From Treponema sp. (lineage in GTDB: Bacteria; Spirochaetota; Spirochaetia; Treponematales; Treponemataceae), in NCBI GenBank assembly GCA_052173295.1, contig JBQMYW010000004.1, positions 3,511-67,510 of the forward strand: 64,000 nucleotides of DNA, given 5' to 3'. A program made the translations under genes and the position numbers. A model generated the notes under the pieces. The model was given only the letters and a program-made list of their open reading frames with translations. It did no database searches and was not told the origin of the DNA. The first letter of the stretch is position 1. The number at the start of each line of letters is the position of its first letter. Of the stretch, positions 48,851 to 56,756 are shown piece after piece.

Positions 48851-48853
48851 CTT

Positions 48854-48927
48854 CGGGAGCGACGGGGCTCGAACCCGCGATCTCCGGCGTGACAGGCCAG
48901 CGCGATAACCAGCTTCGCTACGCCCCC
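48854..48927 (-). tRNA. tRNA-Asp(GTC)
   Basis: GGGGGCG acceptor, anticodon arm CTGGC-CT-GTC-AC-GCCGG, GGTTCGAGCCC. Confidence 0.95.
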
Positions 48928-49157
48928 GTAATGTTGAACATATTATCAAAACATTAAAAAAAAGTCAAGCCATCTTTTATAAAATTTACTAAAAATCTAT
49001 TATTATACATTACAGGAGAATACTCCTGAAAACTATTGTAACGAGAAATAATATACGAATTTATGCAGCAAAGCTTCATAGTAATCAACATCTGATACAT
49101 AAATAATAAAACTATATTTATATGGTAGTAAATCCGGAATAAAGAAAAGATAAGAAT

Positions 49158-49229
49158 AGGCGCCGATCAGAATCGAACTGATGAATAAAGGTTTTGCAGA
49201 CCTCTCCCTTACCACTTGGGCACGGCGCC
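49158..49229 (-). tRNA. tRNA-Cys(GCA)
   Basis: GGCGCCG/CGGCGCC acceptor, U discriminator, anticodon loop CT-GCA-AA. Confidence 0.95.
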
Positions 49230-49333
49230 AATAAAACAATAGATGAATACTAGCATAAACATTTATTTTATGCAAGTATCTTTGTTAGTTTTTTTTCACT
49301 TTTATAATCATAAAGCATTGCGGAATTATAAAA

Positions 49334-49987
49334 TTATGACAGGCTAAAAAAAAGTGAAAAAAAATGCATAACGGTTCCGCCTATTACAAATAAATGCCAA
49401 ATACTGTGCATCCACTTGATTTTTTTTGCTGCATAGAAAATACATCCAACCGTATATACAACACCGCCAATAACTAAAAAACGAAAACTTACAAGCGGAA
49501 GTTGTTCTTTTAACGGCTTTACAGCAAAAAGAATAAGCCACCCCATGGGAATATAGGTAATAACTGATAATATTCTGATTCTACTGCCGAATACTGAATA
49601 AAAAACAATTCCAAGAACAGCAAGTCCCCAAATAATACCAAAAATTGTCCAGCCGGCAACGCCCCGTAATGCAGTTAAACAATAGGCAGTATAAGTACCG
49701 CTTATAAGAATATAGATTGAACAATGATCAAAAACACCAAATACTTTTTTTGCACCGAGCGGTAGTGCATGGTATAATGTAGAAAATAAATATAAGAGAA
49801 TTGCAGAGGATCCGAAAATGGTAAACCCAATAATATATGCAGCTTTTTCTCCATCAGGAGCATAAAACGCTGCACGTATAATCAAAAGTACCAACGCAGC
49901 GATAGCTAACAATACGCCAATACCATGACTTACTGCATTTGCAATTTCTTCTCCTATTGTATATCGTTTTTCAGGTATTTTCTTCAT
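49334..49987 (-). CDS. Hemolysin III / PAQR family membrane protein (TrhA/YqfA-like)
   Basis: [37 protein letters not shown]. Confidence 0.92.
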   Translation of the reverse strand: MKKIPEKRYTIGEEIANAVSHGIGVLLAIAALVLLIIRAAFYAPDGEKAAYIIGFTIFGSSAILLYLFSTLYHALPLGAKKVFGVFDHCSIYILISGTYTAYCLTALRGVAGWTIFGIIWGLAVLGIVFYSVFGSRIRILSVITYIPMGWLILFAVKPLKEQLPLVSFRFLVIGGVVYTVGCIFYAAKKIKWMHSIWHLFVIGGTVMHFFSLFFSLS

Positions 49988-50028
49988 ACATATTCCTTAG
50001 TGAGATGTCAAAAACGAAATTGAATAAG

Positions 50029-50083
50029 AAACGGGGATGCAGGAAACCCTATCATCATTTTTTGATAAGCGGCATCCCCGTTT
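50029..50083 (-). terminator. Stem-loop after the nucleoside ABC operon
   Basis: AAACGGGGATGC ... GCATCCCCGTTT. Confidence 0.65.
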
Positions 50084-50089
50084 TTCGTT

Positions 50090-51022
50090 TTAATACGGCT
50101 CGCCGTTTGCCTTCGGTGCTGCTGAGTTTTTACTAAACAGAACGAGTGCAATAAGGGTTATTAAATAAGGGAATATTTTTAACCAAACAGGCGGAATACC
50201 GCTTAGAGCAGGGATAACCTGCGAAACATTGGCAACAGTACGGGCAAACCCAAAGAAAAATGTTGCCCCAAGAATACCAAATGGTTTCCACTGCCCAAAA
50301 ATTAATGCAGCGATTGCCAAGAATCCAAGTCCATCGACACTTCCGTTAAATTCACCTGAATACGTTACCAAAATAATCGCTCCGCCGAGTGCAGCCAAAG
50401 CACCGCTGGCACATACTGCAAAGTAGCGCATACCATGTACACTAATACCGGCACTTGCAACAGCAGAGGGGTGTTCGCCACAGGCACGTAACCGCAAACC
50501 AAAGGATGTTTTATACAGAAGTATCCATGAGAAAATCAAAATAGCAAGAACAAGCCATGTACTCCAATATACCTGTGAAAAAAACAAAGGACCAAGAATT
50601 GGAATTTTAGATAGAACCGGCACATCTTGACGGATAATACTTGCAACACGCACATTACCTGAACCGGTAACTGTACGTGCAATATAAATTGTCAAAGCTG
50701 CTGCTAACATATTAATTGCTGTACCGCTAATAACTTGATCTGCTTTTAAGGTAATTGATGCAAAAGCATGCAGCAGCGAGAACAAAATACCGGCAATAAC
50801 AGCAATGAGTAAGCCAACAGGAATAACTAATGCAGCAGGTACTGTTCCGGCAATCATATTAATAACAACTGCAGCAGAGAAACCGCCTACCAACATTAAG
50901 CCTTCGAGACCAAGGTTTGTTACCCCGCTCCGTTCACTGTACAAACCGCCTAATGAAGTTACAAGAAGCGGAATAGTGTATGCTATTACATAAGGAAAAA
51001 TTAATGTTAAAATATGCCACAT
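50090..51022 (-). CDS. Nucleoside ABC transporter permease (CUT2)
   Basis: SERSGVTNLGLEG, FGLRLRACGEHP, GFLAIAALIFGQWKP. Confidence 0.92.
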   Translation of the reverse strand: MWHILTLIFPYVIAYTIPLLVTSLGGLYSERSGVTNLGLEGLMLVGGFSAAVVINMIAGTVPAALVIPVGLLIAVIAGILFSLLHAFASITLKADQVISGTAINMLAAALTIYIARTVTGSGNVRVASIIRQDVPVLSKIPILGPLFFSQVYWSTWLVLAILIFSWILLYKTSFGLRLRACGEHPSAVASAGISVHGMRYFAVCASGALAALGGAIILVTYSGEFNGSVDGLGFLAIAALIFGQWKPFGILGATFFFGFARTVANVSQVIPALSGIPPVWLKIFPYLITLIALVLFSKNSAAPKANGEPY

Positions 51023-51025
51023 ACG

Positions 51026-52129
51026 TTATGCCTCCTCTACAGCACGCGCCACAGACTGATTGATATGAATTTTTTTAGAAACAACAGTCCAGAAACGCTT
51101 AAACAGCAGACTTGTTGCAGTAAAATAGATGATAACAGCAATAATCGTATCTGCAATTTCCGGCGGAACAATAGTATTTGCACTCATAAAACCTTTACCA
51201 ACGTGCAATACACCAAAAAATACTGCACTAAGTGCAACTCCTATAGGAGTTCCTGCCCCAAGCAGAGATACAGCGATACCATCAAATCCCTGTGCCGGCA
51301 TAATACCAATCTGCATATTCAAAGAGTAACCGGTATAGTACGTTAAGCCGGCTAATCCAGACAAGCCGCCTGCTATCATCATCGAAATAACAATATTCCG
51401 ATTTACTCTAATACCTGCATATTCAGCACAATTACGGTTGTAACCGACAGCTTTCAGCTCAAAGCCGAGGGTAGTTTTATCAAGCACTATTTTTAAGAAA
51501 ATCATTGCAAGAATTGCAAGAAAAATACCATAGTTTACATATTCGCTACTAAATAAATTAGTAAGCCACGGTGTCCGCAATGACTGTTCAATTGCAATGG
51601 ACTTACTTTCGGTTTCCAGATATTCAGCTTTCCAGTAGCCCGGAATAATATAGAAAACAAGCCAATATGCAATCCAGTTCATCATAATGGTAGAAACAAC
51701 TTCATGCACATTAAACACTGCTTTCAAAATACCGGGAACAACACCCCATACAGCACCGCCGAGAATACCGATAATAATAAGCAAAATAAAAAAGAGCGGA
51801 CGGGGCATTGAAGTTGCCGTTAATGCAAACATACTGCCGAACAAACCGCCTATAAGCATTTGTCCTGCACCGCCGATATTGAATAAACCGGTTTTAAATG
51901 CAAATGATACTGAAAGACCAACCAGTAACAAGGTGGTTGCAGTTGCAAGAGTATTTCCGATGCGTTCAATAGTCATAAGACCGCCGCGGAATAAATACAC
52001 AAAAGCCTCGAAAGGATTAGCCCCGACAATTGTGATTAATATTGCACCGGCAATTAAGCCCAATGAAACAGCCGAAAGGCTCATTACCAATGCATTATCA
52101 GAAAGAGGTACTCGTTTTTTTGCGATCAT
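51026..52129 (-). CDS. Nucleoside ABC transporter permease (CUT2)
   Basis: GLFNIGGAGQ, EVVSTIMMN, GFELKAVG, GFDGIAVSLLG. Confidence 0.92.
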   Translation of the reverse strand: MIAKKRVPLSDNALVMSLSAVSLGLIAGAILITIVGANPFEAFVYLFRGGLMTIERIGNTLATATTLLLVGLSVSFAFKTGLFNIGGAGQMLIGGLFGSMFALTATSMPRPLFFILLIIIGILGGAVWGVVPGILKAVFNVHEVVSTIMMNWIAYWLVFYIIPGYWKAEYLETESKSIAIEQSLRTPWLTNLFSSEYVNYGIFLAILAMIFLKIVLDKTTLGFELKAVGYNRNCAEYAGIRVNRNIVISMMIAGGLSGLAGLTYYTGYSLNMQIGIMPAQGFDGIAVSLLGAGTPIGVALSAVFFGVLHVGKGFMSANTIVPPEIADTIIAVIIYFTATSLLFKRFWTVVSKKIHINQSVARAVEEA

Positions 52130-53655
52130 TCTTGACCTCCTGTATGTTGTGCAACACCTGCCATCATTAATCCAACCTCTTCAACAGTTGTTTCTTCAGG
52201 ACGCACCATACCGGTTAAAGCTCCGCGGTGCATAACAGCAATTCTATCGGATAGATTGAAAATCTCATCTAATTCAAACGAAATAAGGAGTACAGCTCTG
52301 CCCCTATCACGATGTTTTACCAGCTCTTTATGGATTGCTTCTATAGCACCTACATCAAGCCCGCGTGTCGGCTGTACTGCTATCAGCAATTCCGGATCTA
52401 GTGCTATTTCACGTCCTAAAATAGCTTTCTGCTGATTACCTCCGCTCAGATTGCGGGCTGCAGAGAACACACCCTCACCTGAACGTACATCAAACTGCTC
52501 ACGAATATCATCAGCAAAAGATAACATTTTACTTTTATGCAAGAATCCGTGTTTTTGGAATCCGTTTGTATAATATGATTTCATAATCATATTTTCTGCA
52601 ATAGAATATTGCAGAACCAGCCCGTGCTTTTGACGGTCTTCCGGTACAACACCCAATCCTGATTCATTGCGTTCGCGGATAGATATTTTGGTTATATCTT
52701 TCCCTTGCAGCAATATTGCTCCGCCCGTAATAGGCATCAAACCTGAAATTGCATGTACCAGCTCACTTTGTCCGTTCCCATCAACCCCTGCAATACCGAC
52801 AATTTCTCCTCTGCGTACCTGTAAAGAAAAATCATCAACTGCAAGAACTTTTTTTGAGCCCATAACCTTAAGATGCTGAATATCAAGAATAGTATCTTTT
52901 GGATTAGAGGGTGCTTTTTGAACTTTAAACTCAACAGGACGGCCGACCATTTTTGCTGCCATTTCATTTTTTGATGTTGTAGCAACATCAATAACATCAA
53001 TAAACTTACCCCGCCGGATAATAGTACAGCGATCGGCAACATCTTTTATTTCCTGCAGCTTATGGGTAATCAAAATAATTGACTTTCCCTCAGCAACAAG
53101 GTTCTTCATAATACGGATTAAATCATCAATTTCTTGAGGTGTTAACACCGCTGTCGGCTCATCAAAAATAAGAATTTCTGCATTCCGGTACAGCATTTTT
53201 AAAATTTCAACCCGCTGCTGCATACCAACTGTTATGTCCATAATACGGGCATTAGGATCTATTTGCAGCCCATACCGGTTGCTTAACTCTTTTATCTTCT
53301 TTTCAGCCTTACGGATGTCGAGAAAAAACCGCCCTTCTCTTCCCAAGATGATATTTTCGGTAACGGTAAAGTTATGAACGAGCTGAAAGTGCTGATGCAC
53401 CATACCGATACCGCGATCATTCGCATCATTAGGATTCGCAATTACAACCGGCTTGCCGTTTACCAAAATTTCTCCGGCATCGGGACGGTGTAAACCAAAA
53501 AGGATACTCATTAATGTCGATTTACCGGCACCGTTCTCACCGAGTATCGCGTGAATTTCACCCTTTTTTACCTGTAAGGTAATATCATCATTTGCAACAA
53601 TACCGGGAAATTCTTTCCTGATATGCCGCATTTCTATTGCAAATTGCTCTGACAG
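52126..53655 (-). CDS. Nucleoside ABC transporter dual-domain ATPase (probable CTG start)
   Basis: GENGAGKSTLM, DEPTAVL, PEDR, LSGGNQQK, QPTRGLDVGA. In-frame CTG 53655 follows GGAAGG by 6 nt; the first ATG is 53631. Confidence 0.92.
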   Translation of the reverse strand: MSEQFAIEMRHIRKEFPGIVANDDITLQVKKGEIHAILGENGAGKSTLMSILFGLHRPDAGEILVNGKPVVIANPNDANDRGIGMVHQHFQLVHNFTVTENIILGREGRFFLDIRKAEKKIKELSNRYGLQIDPNARIMDITVGMQQRVEILKMLYRNAEILIFDEPTAVLTPQEIDDLIRIMKNLVAEGKSIILITHKLQEIKDVADRCTIIRRGKFIDVIDVATTSKNEMAAKMVGRPVEFKVQKAPSNPKDTILDIQHLKVMGSKKVLAVDDFSLQVRRGEIVGIAGVDGNGQSELVHAISGLMPITGGAILLQGKDITKISIRERNESGLGVVPEDRQKHGLVLQYSIAENMIMKSYYTNGFQKHGFLHKSKMLSFADDIREQFDVRSGEGVFSAARNLSGGNQQKAILGREIALDPELLIAVQPTRGLDVGAIEAIHKELVKHRDRGRAVLLISFELDEIFNLSDRIAVMHRGALTGMVRPEETTVEEVGLMMAGVAQHTGGQE

Positions 53656-53684
53656 ACCAAACCTTCCTTTTTATTATGCAAAGA

Positions 53685-53719
53685 AAATCCGAGTCAAATC
53701 AGCGAAATGACTCGGATTT
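53685..53719 (-). terminator. Intra-operon stem-loop after tmpC
   Basis: AAATCCGAGTCA ... TGACTCGGATTT followed by TCTTT on the minus strand. Confidence 0.65.
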
Positions 53720-53739
53720 ATACCAACAGTCTTACATTA

Positions 53740-54828
53740 TTAGCGGAACAAGTTGCCCTGTGAATCGGCAACAACAATTTTTCCTGCTTTAATATCGTTA
53801 TAAATTTCGTTAACCTTGCTCTGTACTGCCGGAGAAAGGTTGGGGTTTTCTGTAGGAATACCAACAGCATCTTCTTTTGCAGTTAATAACAAAGAGCGTC
53901 CGCCTTTGAATGATCCGGCAAGTTCTTCTTTAATCATATCAAAAGAAGCTCTGTCAAGATATTTCATTGCAGAAGTTAAAATAACTGATTTACCATCAGG
54001 GAGCAAACCTTCGTTATACTGGTTAACGTCAACACCGACAACCCATGCGGTTTTTCCAATCTGACGGCGAGCCTTTGCTTCATTGATAACACCAACGCCG
54101 ACACCGCCTGCGGCAGCGTGGATACAGGTGATTCCGCGGTCAAACATAGATGCTGCGATCTGCTGACCTGCTGCAATGTCGCTAAATGTTCCCTGATACA
54201 AGAAATCTTCTTGGAATAATTCAATAGCAGTGCCGAGATTTTCGTTTGCATATTGAATACCCTGCTGCCAGCCCCAGTTGAATTTCTGAACAGCCGGAAT
54301 TTCCATACCGCCGATAAATCCAAAGCGGCCTTCTTTCAGCTCCAATGCAGCAGCAACGCCGGCGAGGAAGCCGGATTCATGTTCTGCAAAACTGATACCG
54401 ATTGTATTCGGTCCATTTTGAGGATCCCAAGAATCTGCCGGATGAGCATTACCGTCGATAATAACAAACTTTGCATCAGCATATTTTGATTGTGCCTTAA
54501 AAACAGCTGTTTCAAACTTGAAGCCGGGACAAATAATAAACTTGAAACCTGAATCATAAAGGTTAGAAATTTCTTTTACATAGTCTGCTTCAGTTGTTCC
54601 AACCGGTTTCAGGTATTTGATTTCAACACCTAAATCCTTTTCAGCACGGACAATACCTTCCCAAGTACCTTGGTTGAATGACTTATCGTCAATAGTACCG
54701 GCATCGGTAACCATACCAACTTTCATTGCTTTTGAAGCGGAGCTGTTCCCGCCGCAAGAGCAAATAACCAATGCGGCGGCTGCCGCTACAGCCAACGAAA
54801 TGGCTTTTTTCAAACTAACTTTCTGCAT
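53740..54828 (-). CDS. tmpC: BMP family nucleoside-binding lipoprotein (TmpC/PnrA)
   Basis: Lipobox ICSC, TDAGTIDDKSFNQGTWEG, GFIGGMEIP, AAGGVG, GVDVNQ, TSAMK. Confidence 0.88.
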   Translation of the reverse strand: MQKVSLKKAISLAVAAAAALVICSCGGNSSASKAMKVGMVTDAGTIDDKSFNQGTWEGIVRAEKDLGVEIKYLKPVGTTEADYVKEISNLYDSGFKFIICPGFKFETAVFKAQSKYADAKFVIIDGNAHPADSWDPQNGPNTIGISFAEHESGFLAGVAAALELKEGRFGFIGGMEIPAVQKFNWGWQQGIQYANENLGTAIELFQEDFLYQGTFSDIAAGQQIAASMFDRGITCIHAAAGGVGVGVINEAKARRQIGKTAWVVGVDVNQYNEGLLPDGKSVILTSAMKYLDRASFDMIKEELAGSFKGGRSLLLTAKEDAVGIPTENPNLSPAVQSKVNEIYNDIKAGKIVVADSQGNLFR

Positions 54829-54861
54829 AATACTGCACTCCTATAAGATATAGTCTGCTCT

Positions 54862-54890
54862 ATTATACTCCAATCAAAATAGCTTGTCAA
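54862..54890 (-). promoter_or_regulatory. Consensus sigma70 promoter of the tmpC operon
   Basis: Minus strand TTGACA-17-TATAAT, perfect consensus. Confidence 0.85.
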
Positions 54891-54939
54891 ATTAAGAAAT
54901 TTCCATTTTTACTAATAAAATATTGTTACCTTATGGTAA

Positions 54940-54993
54940 TAAACCTATTCGATAACGAGACCTGTCAGATAACTTCGTTTCCTAACCGGTTTA
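54940..54993. repeat. Nested or truncated family A palindromes
   Basis: TAAACCTATTCGATAACG-AGACCTGTCAGATAACTTCGTTTCCTAACCGGTTTA; ACCTATTCGATAACG is shared with 47223. Confidence 0.65.
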
Positions 54994-55058
54994 TTATTTT
55001 TGAATATGCACGGCAATACTACTATACAGAACACTAGTTACCGTTTATACTTTCCCCC

Positions 55059-55946
55059 ATGCCGTTATTACATAATCTTTTCGGATGGTCAAAAGAATCT
55101 CAAGTATATGCACTGGTAGGAAAAAGCGGTACCGGAAAAAGCTACCGTGCAAAAATGGTTGCAAAAAAATACCGTGTTGATTTGATTATTGATGACGGGC
55201 TGCTTATCAAGGGGGATAAAATCGTTGCAGGACGTTCTGCTAAAATGGAAAAAACTTTTTTGGCAGCTGTAAAAGTTGCTGTTTTTGATGATAAACTACA
55301 TCGCGACGAAGCAGCAAAACAGCTGCAGCGTTCCCCTGCAAAAAAAATTCTTATCCTCGGCACATCAGAAAAAATGGTTAATAAAATTGCAATGCGTTTA
55401 CAAATACCGCCCCCTCATAAAATTATAAAAATTGAAGATATTGCAACACAGCAAGAAATTGAAATTGCTTCCCGCAGCCGAAAAGTAGAGGGAAAGCATA
55501 TTATTCCTGTCCCCTCAAGCGAAGTACGCCGCAATTATCCGCAAATATTTTACGATAGAATCCGGCTTTTATTCCGTACCTCAAAAGGGGTTAGCTTAAA
55601 CACACAAAAAATCATGTTTGAAAAGTCTGTCGTACGCCCTGAATTTTCTAAAACAGCAGCAGTAAAAATTTCGGAGAATAAAGTAAAGCAGTTACTATTC
55701 GAAGGTGTACAACACTATAACCCTGCTACTGTGATAAAAACAGTAACAATCTCACAAGAAGAGGGTAAATATAGCATTGTTATGATGATTGATGTTCCCT
55801 GCGGTATGGATCTTACTCATTGGATGCATCATTTAAAGCTCAGCCTTATCAAATACATTGAAGAAGAATCCGGTGTGTTAATAGAAAAAATCAATATAAT
55901 CGTTGATAAGGTAATTGAACCGGCACAGAAAAATGAGCAAGGATGA
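55059..55946 (+). CDS. P-loop NTPase-like protein with probable C-terminal Asp23/Gls24-like domain
   Basis: ALVGKSGTGKSYRA, IIDDGLLI, ILGTS, GKHIIPVP, KSVVRP. Confidence 0.7.
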   Translation: MPLLHNLFGWSKESQVYALVGKSGTGKSYRAKMVAKKYRVDLIIDDGLLIKGDKIVAGRSAKMEKTFLAAVKVAVFDDKLHRDEAAKQLQRSPAKKILILGTSEKMVNKIAMRLQIPPPHKIIKIEDIATQQEIEIASRSRKVEGKHIIPVPSSEVRRNYPQIFYDRIRLLFRTSKGVSLNTQKIMFEKSVVRPEFSKTAAVKISENKVKQLLFEGVQHYNPATVIKTVTISQEEGKYSIVMMIDVPCGMDLTHWMHHLKLSLIKYIEEESGVLIEKINIIVDKVIEPAQKNEQG

Positions 55947-56040
55947 AAAGCCTGCTGCACAAAAAGCATACAGCACGTATTTCTAATATTTATGTAATTA
56001 AATCTTGCATATACGTTCAAACACAGGTATACTTATACCT

Positions 56041-56490
56041 ATGATAGCACGAGTTTCAGCCTCTCAAGAAGATTATCTTGAGGTTATTTATGATTTATCC
56101 CATGGAGCAGAATCAGTACGTTCGATTGATATAGCAAACCGGCTTGGTGTTTCGCGTGCCAGTGTAAACAAGCGGCTCGGGTTGTTAAAAGATTCCGGTT
56201 TTGTTGAGCATGAACCTTATGGGCTTGTTCATTTAACCGAGAAAGGCTGTATGGTTGCAAAAAATGTGCGGGAACGCCATAATGCCCTGTATAAGTTTCT
56301 TACTGAAGTACTTGGTGTTTCGGCACATATTGCCGATCAGGAAGCATGCGAAATGGAGCATGCGATTAGTCAGGAAACTTCAGATAAGCTCTACCAATAT
56401 TTGATGAAACTTGACAAAGCACCGCAAGAAAATGACACGCTGTCAAAAACTCAGAAAGTACAAACATCCTATGACCGCTATATTAAATAG
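56041..56490 (+). CDS. DtxR/MntR family metal-dependent regulator
   Basis: EDYLEVIY, DIANRLGVSRASV, ERH, EACEMEH. Start ATG 56041 after TTGCAT-17-TATACT. Confidence 0.92.
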   Translation: MIARVSASQEDYLEVIYDLSHGAESVRSIDIANRLGVSRASVNKRLGLLKDSGFVEHEPYGLVHLTEKGCMVAKNVRERHNALYKFLTEVLGVSAHIADQEACEMEHAISQETSDKLYQYLMKLDKAPQENDTLSKTQKVQTSYDRYIK

Positions 56491-56643
56491 ATTGTCTACC
56501 ATTTAATATAGTTACATACGGTTTTTGGGGCATTATTATACGCCGGCTGCAGTGAAGCTGTGCAGAATTTTCTAAAAACTGCCGTTGGGAGATATTATAG
56601 GGAAGAATTGCAATAAAACATTTGCTTGTTTAATAAAAAAAAC

Positions 56644-56671
56644 TTGACAAATTGAAAAAGCAGGATAGAAT
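56644..56671 (+). promoter_or_regulatory. Sigma70 promoter of the pullulanase/maltodextrin operon
   Basis: TTGACA-16-TAGAAT. Confidence 0.65.
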
Positions 56672-56756
56672 TATTGAATAGCTATTGCTGTTTTTAAAAT
56701 AGCGGTAATTTTGTCGAAATTAGCTTAAAAATTATATATAAATATAAGGTGTAAAA

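Noticed and set aside
49033..49275. 80-aa ORF
   Set aside because: Overlaps tRNA-Cys in AT-rich intergenic DNA.
49334..49987. Hemolysin III as a virulence toxin
   Set aside because: The family is widespread, PAQR-type and linked to membrane homeostasis; the name alone does not support a toxin role.
8209..54993. CRISPR array or integron attC sites for the 36-38-bp repeats
   Set aside because: Copies are dispersed rather than regularly spaced, there are no cas or intI genes, and they lack RYYYAAC/GTTRRRY ends.
56608..56626. LacI/MalR-like operator upstream of the pullulanase promoter
   Set aside because: AAAACATTTGC lacks the central CG and a second copy, and no LacI gene is in the window.
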